The position numbers were made by a program, and so were the translations under genes. A stretch of DNA of 64,000 nt from an uncultured Flavobacteriaceae bacterium (GTDB taxonomy: Bacteria; Bacteroidota; Bacteroidia; NS11-12g; UBA955). Positions 31,993 through 40,841 of this stretch are shown here, one piece after another. The notes under the pieces were generated by a model that was not told the DNA's origin, made no database searches, and saw only the letters and a program-made list of their open reading frames with translations. The DNA lies in assembly GCA_964475595.1 (NCBI GenBank), contig CAYYXG010000014.1, positions 1,326-65,325 of the forward strand, read 5' to 3'. Every line of letters starts with the position of its first letter. Position 1 is the first letter of the stretch.

Positions 31993-32023
31993 GAGCTGTT
32001 TAGCAAGTTTCTAAAAGGCCTTG

Positions 32024-32212
32024 TCAGTCGGAATTGCAGGCGCCATCCTGGATGAAGCTATATAAGTCCTCCTCCTTGTACCAAACAGTGGCGGTTCCCT
32101 TGGGTTTGTAGTACTTGAGACCCCTTTTTTTCATTACGTGAAACCAAGTGCGCTTTTTGCCAAGCAATTCCATGGCCTGTTTTTCGGTTAAAAATGTAAA
32201 TTTTTTGTCCAT
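32024..32212 (-). CDS. helix-turn-helix DNA-binding protein, excisionase (Xis/AlpA)-like
   Basis: 62 aa. LTEKQAMELLGKKRTWFHVMKKRGLKYYK is typical of small HTH Xis proteins in Bacteroidota mobile elements. Lies next to the integrase module. Confidence 0.5.
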   Translation of the reverse strand: MDKKFTFLTEKQAMELLGKKRTWFHVMKKRGLKYYKPKGTATVWYKEEDLYSFIQDGACNSD

Positions 32213-32273
32213 AATATTTTATGTTTATACCTACAAAACAAAAACCGAAAAGTTCCCGGGAATTTTAAAATGT

Positions 32274-33161
32274 TCATACTTTAACGAATTCGTAGTTAAG
32301 CTTACGGATAATTTTTTTTCTTGCGCCAAGATAGTCACGATTATTGACAAAAGTGGCTATATCGGTTTTGTAATAATTGGGATATATTATATTTATTAAC
32401 GCAGCATGCTGTTTTAAAAAGTGCCATATTTTCCCACTACTATATTTGCAAATAATAGGTTCGGATTTTACAAACCCCAGGCTGTCCAGGAACATAAAAT
32501 CGATTAGGTGTTCGTCAGAAGGGTTATTCATCAGAACGAAATCTTTGAAATTTCTGCAGCGTATAGGTTTGGAAGATTTGACATCGTCCGTAAATGTCTG
32601 CCAGGAGGAGCGATCAATTTTGTTGATATCAATGTCAGGCATGGTTATTTGCGTCTGCCCCAGATAGCGCAGAAATGTCACATCCGAATCGCTTCTCCAT
32701 GTTGTCATTTCAAAGTTCCACTGAAACTGCTTGAGAAAATTGCCTGTTAGGGTATTAACGGCATTGCGCAAAAGCAAGGATGTGTCAAATTCAAAACCCA
32801 GATGACCCAATCGCTCGACCTCGTTAATGATGTTATCCAGTGGTGTAAAAAAAGAGCGTAACAAAGGCCTCAGGGGTATTTCCACCATAGTCTGTTTAGC
32901 CAGAATGGATTCCTTTACCACCGGATTTGTACTTAAACAGGCGAAGGGCAGAATCTCATAGAAAACACAAAAAAGCTTTAACAAATCCGATTTCTCTTCT
33001 TCGCTGTCAAACGATTCATGGCCCTTATTGGACATAAATTCTTTCAAACGCGTGATATCGGCAAAAACACTGTCAGCATTGTCAAGCAACATGCGCTCTG
33101 CCAGACTGACTTTCTCTCTATAATTAGCCATCATTCGCTGCATTTCAGATTCGTTTGTCAT
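32274..33161 (-). CDS. hypothetical protein (integrase-module gene)
   Basis: 295 aa. Stop overlaps the integrase gene region (4-nt overlap with the int stop side). Confidence 0.45.
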   Translation of the reverse strand: MTNESEMQRMMANYREKVSLAERMLLDNADSVFADITRLKEFMSNKGHESFDSEEEKSDLLKLFCVFYEILPFACLSTNPVVKESILAKQTMVEIPLRPLLRSFFTPLDNIINEVERLGHLGFEFDTSLLLRNAVNTLTGNFLKQFQWNFEMTTWRSDSDVTFLRYLGQTQITMPDIDINKIDRSSWQTFTDDVKSSKPIRCRNFKDFVLMNNPSDEHLIDFMFLDSLGFVKSEPIICKYSSGKIWHFLKQHAALINIIYPNYYKTDIATFVNNRDYLGARKKIIRKLNYEFVKV

Positions 33162-34399
33162 GCGCTTAGTATTAGGGATTCTACTTCACGTAGCTTTTTC
33201 AGCATCGTCATATTTGAAATATTGCGAGAGTATCGCGCAGACATAGAGTTGTTGGCATGCCCCATTATTTTATCTTTGATAATATCAGAGCCGTCGGTGC
33301 CCGCATTGCTTATAGAACTGCTAAGGGTATGACGTGATAGGTGAAAGGTCAAAGGCTCCTCATGCCAGTTTATCATCTCCTGCAGCTCCTTCAGCTTTTT
33401 ATTGGTTTTTTGGTTGGAAACCGTCGGCAGCAGCCGGTCAAGCCCAGCCGTCAATGGATGGTCTTTGTATTTATTGATAATATCCAATGCACTGCCAACC
33501 AATGGGATTCTGTTAGCGACTTTCTTATTGGAAGCCATGGTTATTTCTTCACTGCGTAAAAGCACGTAAGCATCAATTTGTTCATCAAAGTACATGTTTT
33601 TCGGGGATATTTTCCTGCTGTAGCTAAATCTTAATCCCGTAAAACAGCAAAACAAAAAACAATCCCGGGTTATCTCAAGTTCGGGCCGGTTTGAGAGGTC
33701 TAATTGCATGAGCTTTTTGACATAGTAATAGTCTAAACCCGACCGTTCGCTTACCTCTTTCTTTATACGATGCCCCATAAACGGATTCCTGTTTATCACC
33801 TCTTGCTGATAGGCATATATAAAAATCGCTTTTATCTTGGTGAGGTATTTATGGATGGTATTTGTCTTAAACGGCTTGCTGTGCACACCATATTTCTTGT
33901 TTTGCAGAAATACCTCAAAGTCCCGCAGGTTAGCCTGTTTGAAGTCTGCCAATAGCATGTCAGGGCATTTGTTTTTAATCAGAAACTCTTCCAGATAACC
34001 TACGGCCACTTCAGCTTGCCTTATGATCACTTTTTCTCCCTCTTCGCCCTTCCTTTTGTTGATGTAATAGCGGGCATATTCCAATATGGTGTATTCGGTT
34101 TTGTGATTATTCAGCAGTATTTGTTTCAGTGTAGCTGCTGTAAGCGTTTTATTGCTATTTTGGTAGTTTAGCCTAATGTTCAGGATACTATTCTCAATCT
34201 GGATCAGGCCATCATTCACCTGGCTGTGTTTTGTACGGCAGCGTTGCAACGCTTCATCCCAATCCTCGGGAGCACATTTAAACCCCGTGGCAAATTCGCT
34301 TTTTTTGCGGTTGATGATGACCCTGCCGTAAATGGCATGTTGCTTGGTTGACTGGAGTTCTCTCAAGTAGAATTTTGTAATAATTTTGATTTGTTTCAT
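33158..34399 (-). CDS. tyrosine-type site-specific recombinase/integrase
   Basis: 413 aa. C-terminal catalytic region LSRHTLSSSISNAGTDGSDIIKDKIMGHANNSMSARYSR (H-x-x-R ... Y) and an N-terminal SAM-like domain. ~320 bp from ssrA. Confidence 0.8.
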   Translation of the reverse strand: MKQIKIITKFYLRELQSTKQHAIYGRVIINRKKSEFATGFKCAPEDWDEALQRCRTKHSQVNDGLIQIENSILNIRLNYQNSNKTLTAATLKQILLNNHKTEYTILEYARYYINKRKGEEGEKVIIRQAEVAVGYLEEFLIKNKCPDMLLADFKQANLRDFEVFLQNKKYGVHSKPFKTNTIHKYLTKIKAIFIYAYQQEVINRNPFMGHRIKKEVSERSGLDYYYVKKLMQLDLSNRPELEITRDCFLFCCFTGLRFSYSRKISPKNMYFDEQIDAYVLLRSEEITMASNKKVANRIPLVGSALDIINKYKDHPLTAGLDRLLPTVSNQKTNKKLKELQEMINWHEEPLTFHLSRHTLSSSISNAGTDGSDIIKDKIMGHANNSMSARYSRNISNMTMLKKLREVESLILSA

Positions 34400-34651
34400 A
34401 TTTTTTTACGTGGGTTTAAATGCTTTCGGCAAAGGTTGGATCAGAAAGTTCCCGAAATTTTTAAAAGTGGGAGGGTGGGGATGAATCCTGAATATTATTG
34501 GGGTCTTTGGTTGTCTTGGCAACAGGGGTTGGCTTTGGCGTTGCATTGCAGCCAAAAGTGAAGCATTTTGGGGCTCAGGTGAAACACTCAGGGGCCCAGG
34601 TGAAACAGAAGTGAAACAAAATGCGGTTTGAAACGAAAAGTTCCGAGCAGC

Positions 34652-34684
34652 TAAAAAAAAGAAAACCCTTGCCATGACAAGGGT
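34652..34684 (-). terminator. rho-independent terminator of ssrA
   Basis: On the minus strand: acccttgtcatggcaagggt hairpin followed by ttttctttttttt. Confidence 0.5.
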
Positions 34685-34719
34685 TCAAAGGAATACGAAA
34701 AATTCCGAAAACTAATCAG

Positions 34720-35086
34720 TGGAGCTGGAGGGAATCGAACCCTCGTCCAGAGATGCGACTACTGGCGCTTTCTACATGTTTATTTCTGTTTGTTGTCGGG
34801 ATGGGGCGGGTACAGAAATAACCTTACTCCATCCTTATCCGGCGTGTTAATGGCTCACCTGGCCGGTGTGAGTGACCATACCTGTGTTCGTCGATTGCTC
34901 CGTTTCGTCAGTTACACAGACAAAAGCGACGGGAGCAACACGCAATGCTAATTACTCCGAATTAGGCAGCGAGGGCGTAGTTATTTTCGCCTCTTATGGT
35001 TTTGAACATTGAGATTTAAGTGCCTACATCCAAAGCACTACATGCTTACACCGCAACCAATCATCCTGTCAAGTCCGGTCAGCCCC
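34720..35086 (-). ncRNA. ssrA: tmRNA (transfer-messenger RNA)
   Basis: On the minus strand: 5' GGGGCTGACCGGACTTGACAGG... An internal ORF GGC GAA AAT AAC TAC GCC CTC GCT GCC TAA encodes GENNYALAA*. 3' tRNA-like GGGTTCGATTCCCTCCAGCTCCA. Confidence 0.85.
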
Positions 35087-35220
35087 AAAGAACGTAACCC
35101 CAAATTTACAATAATTTTTGAGAAAAGTCAAGGGGTTTGGGAGGTTTTAGTGTCTTTTTTTATTTAGACTAAGGCCAATTTCCGTTTGCAAGCCCACCCA
35201 ATACACCACATCTTTGCAGT

Positions 35221-36243
35221 ATGCCATCCGTTGTAAAAGCCGCACAATATCCATGGGATGGCAAAACCCTCATTGATGTGCGCAGTGAGGGTGAATTTGA
35301 GCGTGGGCATATTCCCGGTGCCATTAACATTCCGCTATTGCGCAATGATGAACGGGTGCTCGTAGGAACCACATACAAACAACAGGGCAGAGATGCTGCA
35401 GTGGCACTGGGTTTTAAGCTGATTGGGCCGCGATTTCATGAACTCTATGAGGCGTTCAAGACAGTAGGTCCGGAACCCGTTTTTTACTGCTGGCGCGGTG
35501 GGCTCAGAAGTCACATTTCCGCTACCCTGCTGGAATGGGGCGGACAGCCCGTGGGCTTGATTTCGGGAGGGTACAAGGCCTATCGCCATTTTGTGCAGAG
35601 AGCGCTGGCTGAGCCCCGAAAGTTTTTTCTACTGGGCGGCATGACCGGTGTGGGGAAAACCGAAATTTTGCAGTTGCTGGTCCAAAAAGGATTTGCTGTG
35701 GTAGATCTGGAAGCCCTGGCATCGCACCGGGGCAGCGTTTTGGGGAGTCTGGGCATGCCGGCGCAGCCAACGGTGGAAATGTTTGAAAATCTTTTGCATC
35801 AGGCCGTGACTTCATTCCCCGATGGCAGCACCATCCTCATGGAAAGCGAAAGCCGTAAAATAGGCGCCTGTGTGATGCCGGATGAATTCTGGAAGAGCAT
35901 GTTGCAAAGCCCAGTGCTCGATATTGTGGTGCCGCAAGCCCAGCGCCTGGATCGACTGGTAAAGGAATACGCAAATTTTGATGCACAGATTCTTGCAGAT
36001 AAAACCGAAAAACTGAGTAAACGGCTGGGGGGCTTGCTCTGCAAGCAGGCCAAAGAGGCCATTCTGGAAGGCAGAAAATCGGATTGGGTGCAGATTTTGA
36101 TGGGGTATTACGACAAATCGTATCGTTATTTTGTGGAGGAAAATGGTTACAGGCCCGAACCCATGGAGTGGGAATGGAATCAAACCGAAAAAAGTGTTGG
36201 ATTGTTAATAGATAAATTAAAAGAATATGGAATTGAAAAATAA
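35221..36243 (+). CDS. selU: tRNA 2-selenouridine synthase-like (rhodanese + P-loop)
   Basis: 340 aa. N-terminal rhodanese domain and P-loop LGGMTGVGKTEIL. Confidence 0.7.
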   Translation: MPSVVKAAQYPWDGKTLIDVRSEGEFERGHIPGAINIPLLRNDERVLVGTTYKQQGRDAAVALGFKLIGPRFHELYEAFKTVGPEPVFYCWRGGLRSHISATLLEWGGQPVGLISGGYKAYRHFVQRALAEPRKFFLLGGMTGVGKTEILQLLVQKGFAVVDLEALASHRGSVLGSLGMPAQPTVEMFENLLHQAVTSFPDGSTILMESESRKIGACVMPDEFWKSMLQSPVLDIVVPQAQRLDRLVKEYANFDAQILADKTEKLSKRLGGLLCKQAKEAILEGRKSDWVQILMGYYDKSYRYFVEENGYRPEPMEWEWNQTEKSVGLLIDKLKEYGIEK

Positions 36244-36916
36244 AATAGCGGTGATTACCGGGGCCAATAAGGGCATTGGGCTGGAGTGTGTGAAAATGTT
36301 GCTGGAAAAAGGCGCCATCGTATATGGAATATGCCGAAGCGGCTGCAGTCTTCAGCATGAAAATTACCATTGTCTGCACGCGGATGTAGGAAATCAACAG
36401 CAGGTAGATGCGGTGATGGATGGCATACTGCAACAGCACAATGCGGTGGATATTTTAATTAACAATGCAGGGCTGGGGTATTTTGGGCTTTGTGAGGAGT
36501 TGAGCACAGCCCAATGGCAGGAAATGTTCAATACCAACGTGAGCGGTATCTTTTATTTCACCCGCAGAGTACTGCCGGGCATGAAAAAGCAAGATTCGGG
36601 GCATATTGTGAACATCGCGAGCATTGCCGGACTGGAGGGTTATCAGCAGGTATCGGGGTATTGCGCCACCAAGTTTGCAGTGCGTGGTTTCAGCGATGCG
36701 CTGTATAAAGAGGTTCGCGATTTTGGCGTGAAAGTAACCTGTGTGTACCCGGGCAGTGTAAAAACCGACTTTTTCAGGCACAGTGAAAACATCAAGCCCC
36801 ACGACAATATGCTGATGCCTGAGGATGTGGCCTCACAGATTGTGTTTGCACTGGAAAGCCCGGCCAATTATCATCCGGTGAACCTGGAGATCAGACCGCT
36901 GAAACCCAGGGGTTGA
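36227..36916 (+). CDS. SDR family oxidoreductase
   Basis: ITGANKGIGLE (TGxxxGxG), NNAG, YCATKFAV (YxxxK). Confidence 0.8.
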   Translation: MELKNKIAVITGANKGIGLECVKMLLEKGAIVYGICRSGCSLQHENYHCLHADVGNQQQVDAVMDGILQQHNAVDILINNAGLGYFGLCEELSTAQWQEMFNTNVSGIFYFTRRVLPGMKKQDSGHIVNIASIAGLEGYQQVSGYCATKFAVRGFSDALYKEVRDFGVKVTCVYPGSVKTDFFRHSENIKPHDNMLMPEDVASQIVFALESPANYHPVNLEIRPLKPRG

Positions 36917-37047
36917 GGTTCCGGAAATATGGTGTGGCATAGCTCGGCGAGGTTGGCCCCGTAGGCTTAATACCAACTGAATTCAATACACAACATTTTA
37001 ATAACTTGTTTTTTTAACCCGTTGTATATATTTGTGGTTTATTCACC

Positions 37048-37464
37048 ATGAAATACAGCTACTTACTGCTTATTTGTCTGCTTGGTTCCGGCGTTTTTGC
37101 CGCTTGTAACAAGGACGGTAAATCCACTGACTTAACGAGGGCCGAAATGCTCAGGTCAGATGGTTCCAAGACATGGCAACTGGAAAAAATGTATGTCAGC
37201 GATACCCTGTATATCTTATCTGAAGAGGAGCTTGCTTATAACATAACGTACAAATCCGACAATACTTTTGTGGATTCTGATGGCATGGGGGGTACGTATC
37301 AGTTCGATGAAGGAGCCAACAAAATCACTGAAACCATCACTACCGGCGGAACCGGAAAACTTGTTTACAACGTAGAAGCATTATCTGCGGGCAATTTGGT
37401 ATTGCGTCTGATTGACGATGGATCCGGAAATCCAAACGTACAAATTCATTATCGTGCGAAATAA
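37048..37464 (+). CDS. lipoprotein
   Basis: LLLICLLGSGVFAAC lipobox. Confidence 0.5.
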   Translation: MKYSYLLLICLLGSGVFAACNKDGKSTDLTRAEMLRSDGSKTWQLEKMYVSDTLYILSEEELAYNITYKSDNTFVDSDGMGGTYQFDEGANKITETITTGGTGKLVYNVEALSAGNLVLRLIDDGSGNPNVQIHYRAK

Positions 37465-37951
37465 TATCATACTTATCGGGCTGCTGCTTTCAACCTTCAC
37501 GGCTGTTAAAGCCCAGACACTGGTGTTTGGCGGGTTTGCTTCATTTGCCATATCAGACAGCGCGAGTGCCAACTCGGGTGGCGCCATTGTGTGGCAAGAC
37601 AGCCGAACACGATGCATCATGGTTCAGGGTGGCCACATATACGGGCAATCAGAACTGTATAATGCTGCCGGCAATTTCAGGGAAAACTGCATAGAAACGC
37701 CTGAGGTATCGGATTTGCGCCTGTATCCCAACCCGGGTTTTGGTCAATACTGGCTGGAAGGTTCCGGAATCAGCGGGTTAGAAATTTACGACAATACCGG
37801 TCGCTTTATCAGCAGTCAGCATGTGGTGTTGTCAGAAAATCAGCGCATAAACATTTCTCTTGCGGGCCAATCTGAAGGTAATTATTTTGTAAAGGTTACC
37901 GGAGCAGAGGGTTTGAACCGTGTTTTTTCTATCATTAAACTGAAATCATAA
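37412..37951 (+). CDS. secreted protein with T9SS C-terminal sorting domain
   Basis: C-terminus LYPNPGFGQYW...GNYFVKVTGAEG...IIKLKS resembles a type A Por-secretion tail. Start uncertain (overlaps previous gene). Confidence 0.45.
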   Translation: MTMDPEIQTYKFIIVRNNIILIGLLLSTFTAVKAQTLVFGGFASFAISDSASANSGGAIVWQDSRTRCIMVQGGHIYGQSELYNAAGNFRENCIETPEVSDLRLYPNPGFGQYWLEGSGISGLEIYDNTGRFISSQHVVLSENQRINISLAGQSEGNYFVKVTGAEGLNRVFSIIKLKS

Positions 37952-37987
37952 GTCCGATAGTTAGCTACAAAATAAAAAGACATACAT

Positions 37988-39022
37988 ATGATAAAAATTG
38001 CCTTAAATCTTTACAATTTTTTAAATGTTAATGTAGTATTACATACCCCTGCATTGAATGTTAATGCAATTAGACTATGGGGGGCAAATTGGCAGAATGT
38101 TTATAATCATTATAGTTCTTACTTATTAAATATTCAAGCACCTAATTCAGCAGGGCCAATTGAAAAGCATCCATATATTGATCTTTATTCGGCTGATTGT
38201 AACTTTCAGAGGGAAACATTATTATTGGGAACTTTTCCGCCATCATCTTATATTAACAATTTGCCAGTACAAAACTTACCGAATCCTAATGTTCAAAATA
38301 ATAATCCAACTCATTATTTTTATGGTAATATGAATGATTTGTGGTTTTACTTATTTGGACTTAATGGTAGGGCATTAACAATCCAAACTATTCAAGAAGC
38401 ATTAATTGCGAATGATATATCTATTTCTGACGTTTTTGCTTATGTGCAAAGAAAAACAATGATTAGTGCTTTTGATAGCGAATATAAAAACATTGTTTTA
38501 AATTGTAATTTAAGAGAAATTTTCAACCTAGAATCGAAGATTAATACAATTCTTTTTACAAGTGGCAGTTTAAGCTCATTTTTAACCAATACAACATCTG
38601 CCTTAACAGGATTTCGGTGGATATTAGAAGATTGTTGTAACGGACTAAATAATTTCACGATTAGTGGAGATGTTAATGGGAATGGTCCATATTATCCAAT
38701 TAATATGAATGGAGTTCGAAATGCAGTAAATCAGCAAAAAGATGGAATAGTTTGGTGGTTAAAATGTGGAGCAAAAAAAATCAGAATTATAAACTTGCCG
38801 AGTCCTGCACCAATGGCAGCGCAAAGAATGATTAATAGTCCTTTCTTCAAAAAATGGATTAATTACAAGGCAAAGGAAAATGGAATTCCACCACTAGTTT
38901 TTGGAGCAAATTTAAAGCAACATTTAAATTTATATCCTAGAATATTTAATGAGCCATTCACAAAGCAATATAGAAGAGAGACATATCAAATGGTTTTAAA
39001 TAATACAATTCATCTTGTTTAA
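37988..39022 (+). CDS. AT-rich gene encoding a protein with a UDG-superfamily (family-6/hypoxanthine-DNA-glycosylase-like) core
   Basis: LLLGTFPPSSY...HYFYGNMNDLWFYLFGL resembles the LILGSFPS...YYA.P.N.FW motif pair of HDG/MUG-type glycosylases. ~33% GC in ~50% GC surroundings. About twice the size of canonical family members. Confidence 0.35.
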   Translation: MIKIALNLYNFLNVNVVLHTPALNVNAIRLWGANWQNVYNHYSSYLLNIQAPNSAGPIEKHPYIDLYSADCNFQRETLLLGTFPPSSYINNLPVQNLPNPNVQNNNPTHYFYGNMNDLWFYLFGLNGRALTIQTIQEALIANDISISDVFAYVQRKTMISAFDSEYKNIVLNCNLREIFNLESKINTILFTSGSLSSFLTNTTSALTGFRWILEDCCNGLNNFTISGDVNGNGPYYPINMNGVRNAVNQQKDGIVWWLKCGAKKIRIINLPSPAPMAAQRMINSPFFKKWINYKAKENGIPPLVFGANLKQHLNLYPRIFNEPFTKQYRRETYQMVLNNTIHLV

Positions 39023-39116
39023 TATACAGCAGCTAACAGCGTGTAAGCAACATTGCCTTGCCGCCCCGAAAGTTTTCGGGGCAACACAAGGCAACATCGC
39101 CTCGACGCAAAACGAT

Positions 39117-39500
39117 ATGAGAAATGTGCTAATAATTCCCCTCTTTTTGATGTTTGGGTGCATGGTCTCCGAATCCAATGCGCAAAATCTTCAATTTAGC
39201 AAGGCCAAGCTGGTTTCTTCTACTGCCGATACAGTTCCTACGGGCCGGGTATGGAAAATAGAGAGTTTTCTGTTTAGCCGCAATCTTTCTACCTATCCCA
39301 ATTTGGCCTGGGGGGAAGACGATAAAATTGAGGTAAATGGCGATGTGTTTGTAGTTCGCGCATACCGAACGGATGCCGGCAACAGGCGCTATTTTGTTTG
39401 GAAACAGGATTTACCCATCTGGCTACCTGCCGGCTCTGTGGTGAAAGCGGATGTAGGGGTAAAACACATCAGTATTATCGAATTTAAAGAGGTACCGTAA
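39117..39500 (+). CDS. small secreted paralog S0 (divergent member of array family)
   Basis: Start moved to the internal M. Signal peptide ...SESNA-QNLQF. Conserved DTVPTGRVWKIESF and WLPAGS...IIEFKEVP. Confidence 0.55.
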   Translation: MRNVLIIPLFLMFGCMVSESNAQNLQFSKAKLVSSTADTVPTGRVWKIESFLFSRNLSTYPNLAWGEDDKIEVNGDVFVVRAYRTDAGNRRYFVWKQDLPIWLPAGSVVKADVGVKHISIIEFKEVP

Positions 39501-39528
39501 TTAAAAACACCAATAAAACACCAATAAA

Positions 39529-40827
39529 ATGAAAAGAATAATACCATTTTTTGTGCTCTTTTGGCTTGTGGGAGCCCAAAATGTAAAGGCACAGACAACA
39601 TCGCCTAACGGAATGATTTACCAGGCGGTAGCCAGGGATGGAAGTGGCAATCTGGCTGCCAAACGCAGCATCTTGGTGCAAACCACCATTCACAAGGGCA
39701 GTGCCACCGGAACCGTCATGTACCGCGATGAACACAAGGTGAACAGCAATGCCGACGCCATGTTTACGGTTATTGTGGGTCAGGGCACATTTTTGTCCGG
39801 ACTGCATAAAAAGATTGTGGACATTCCGTGGGGCAGCGACAAATACTTCTTCAACCTGAAAATATGCGTTACCCCTTCCATTCCTCGTTGGGGCTGGAAA
39901 CCTGTTTACACAGACATGGGTACCACACAATTTTGGAGCGTTCCTTATGCCCTGTCTTCAGGCAGCAGCGCAGATTCGCTTCAACTGACGGTGGTTGGAA
40001 ATAACAGGATGCTGAAGCTGGGCGGTTATCAGCCCATTTTATTCTCTGTTTCGGATGGTGACAGTGTTGCAACCAATGAAATTCAAAAGCTGACCCGCAC
40101 CGGCGGTCGCTTGCTGCTGAGTTTGAATGGCGGTATGGTAAGTCTTCCCGATTCCAGTGCGGTAAATGAATTGCAGAGCATCATCAGAACCGGTGGCAGA
40201 ATATCTTTGAGCATGGGAGGAGGGGTAATCACCCTTCCGGATAGCAGCTCTACCAATGAATTGCAAACACTTTCACGCATTGGAGGGAGAGTTATCCTCA
40301 ACCAGGGAGGAGGCGTAATCAACTTACCCGATAGCAGTGCTACAAATGAGCTGCAGGTGTTGACCAAAAAAGACGATCAGATAACCTTGAGCAATGGCGG
40401 TGGAACCGTCACCGATGCGGATTCACAGACCCTGGCCATCGATACCAATAAACTGGAGCGCACCATACGCATCAGCAAGGGCAATAAGGTGAGTTTTGAT
40501 GTGGCAGATGGCGATACAACGCACTGGAAGCAGGCCAAAACCACTACTTATTACAACAAAGGCAGCGTTGGGATTGGAACTTCAGCCGTAGATTCAACCG
40601 CAGCGTTTCAGGTGAACTCTACTACCCAAGGCGTGCTGTTTCCCCGAATGACGGAGGCACAGCGTTTGTTGATTAGCAAACCGGCTACGGGCTTGCTGGT
40701 TTTCCAAACGGATAAAACCGGCGGTTTCTACTATTATGAAGGTACGGCCTGGATACGCCTCAGTTCGGGAAGTGGCAGTGGCGGGGGCAGCAGCAACACC
40801 CTCATTTACACTACCCAAGGATTTTAA
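39529..40827 (+). CDS. large secreted repeat protein L1 (NELQ-repeat family)
   Basis: 432 aa. Signal peptide. N-terminal domain shared with L2. Four ~20-aa repeats (LPDSS..NELQ...GGRI.L..GGG). C-terminus GVLFPRMTEAQR...GLLVFQTD...YYYEGTAWI. Confidence 0.65.
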   Translation: MKRIIPFFVLFWLVGAQNVKAQTTSPNGMIYQAVARDGSGNLAAKRSILVQTTIHKGSATGTVMYRDEHKVNSNADAMFTVIVGQGTFLSGLHKKIVDIPWGSDKYFFNLKICVTPSIPRWGWKPVYTDMGTTQFWSVPYALSSGSSADSLQLTVVGNNRMLKLGGYQPILFSVSDGDSVATNEIQKLTRTGGRLLLSLNGGMVSLPDSSAVNELQSIIRTGGRISLSMGGGVITLPDSSSTNELQTLSRIGGRVILNQGGGVINLPDSSATNELQVLTKKDDQITLSNGGGTVTDADSQTLAIDTNKLERTIRISKGNKVSFDVADGDTTHWKQAKTTTYYNKGSVGIGTSAVDSTAAFQVNSTTQGVLFPRMTEAQRLLISKPATGLLVFQTDKTGGFYYYEGTAWIRLSSGSGSGGGSSNTLIYTTQGF

Positions 40828-40841
40828 AGCGATCGTATAGC

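Noticed and set aside
3230-34650. Prophage interpretation of the ssrA-adjacent island
   Set aside because: There are no terminase, portal, capsid, tail or lysis candidates among the predicted proteins. The cargo is R-M, ATPases and membrane proteins.
34700-34760. tRNA gene suggested by the GGGTTCGATTCCC T-arm
   Set aside because: The upstream sequence contains the tag-peptide ORF and the tmRNA 5' acceptor. It is the tRNA-like domain of tmRNA, not a separate tRNA.
35169-36867. Many 60-200 aa antisense/overlapping ORFs in the ORF track within selU and the SDR gene (e.g. 35837-36439 minus, 35812-36183 minus)
   Set aside because: They overlap well-supported motif-bearing genes on the other strand in GC-rich DNA, where long spurious frames are expected. 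No motifs were seen.
39055-39085. Hairpin gccccgaaagttttcggggc upstream of the array as a terminator or riboswitch
   Set aside because: There is no U-tract on either side and it is too short for a structured regulatory RNA. It is more likely an incidental stem in a leader region.
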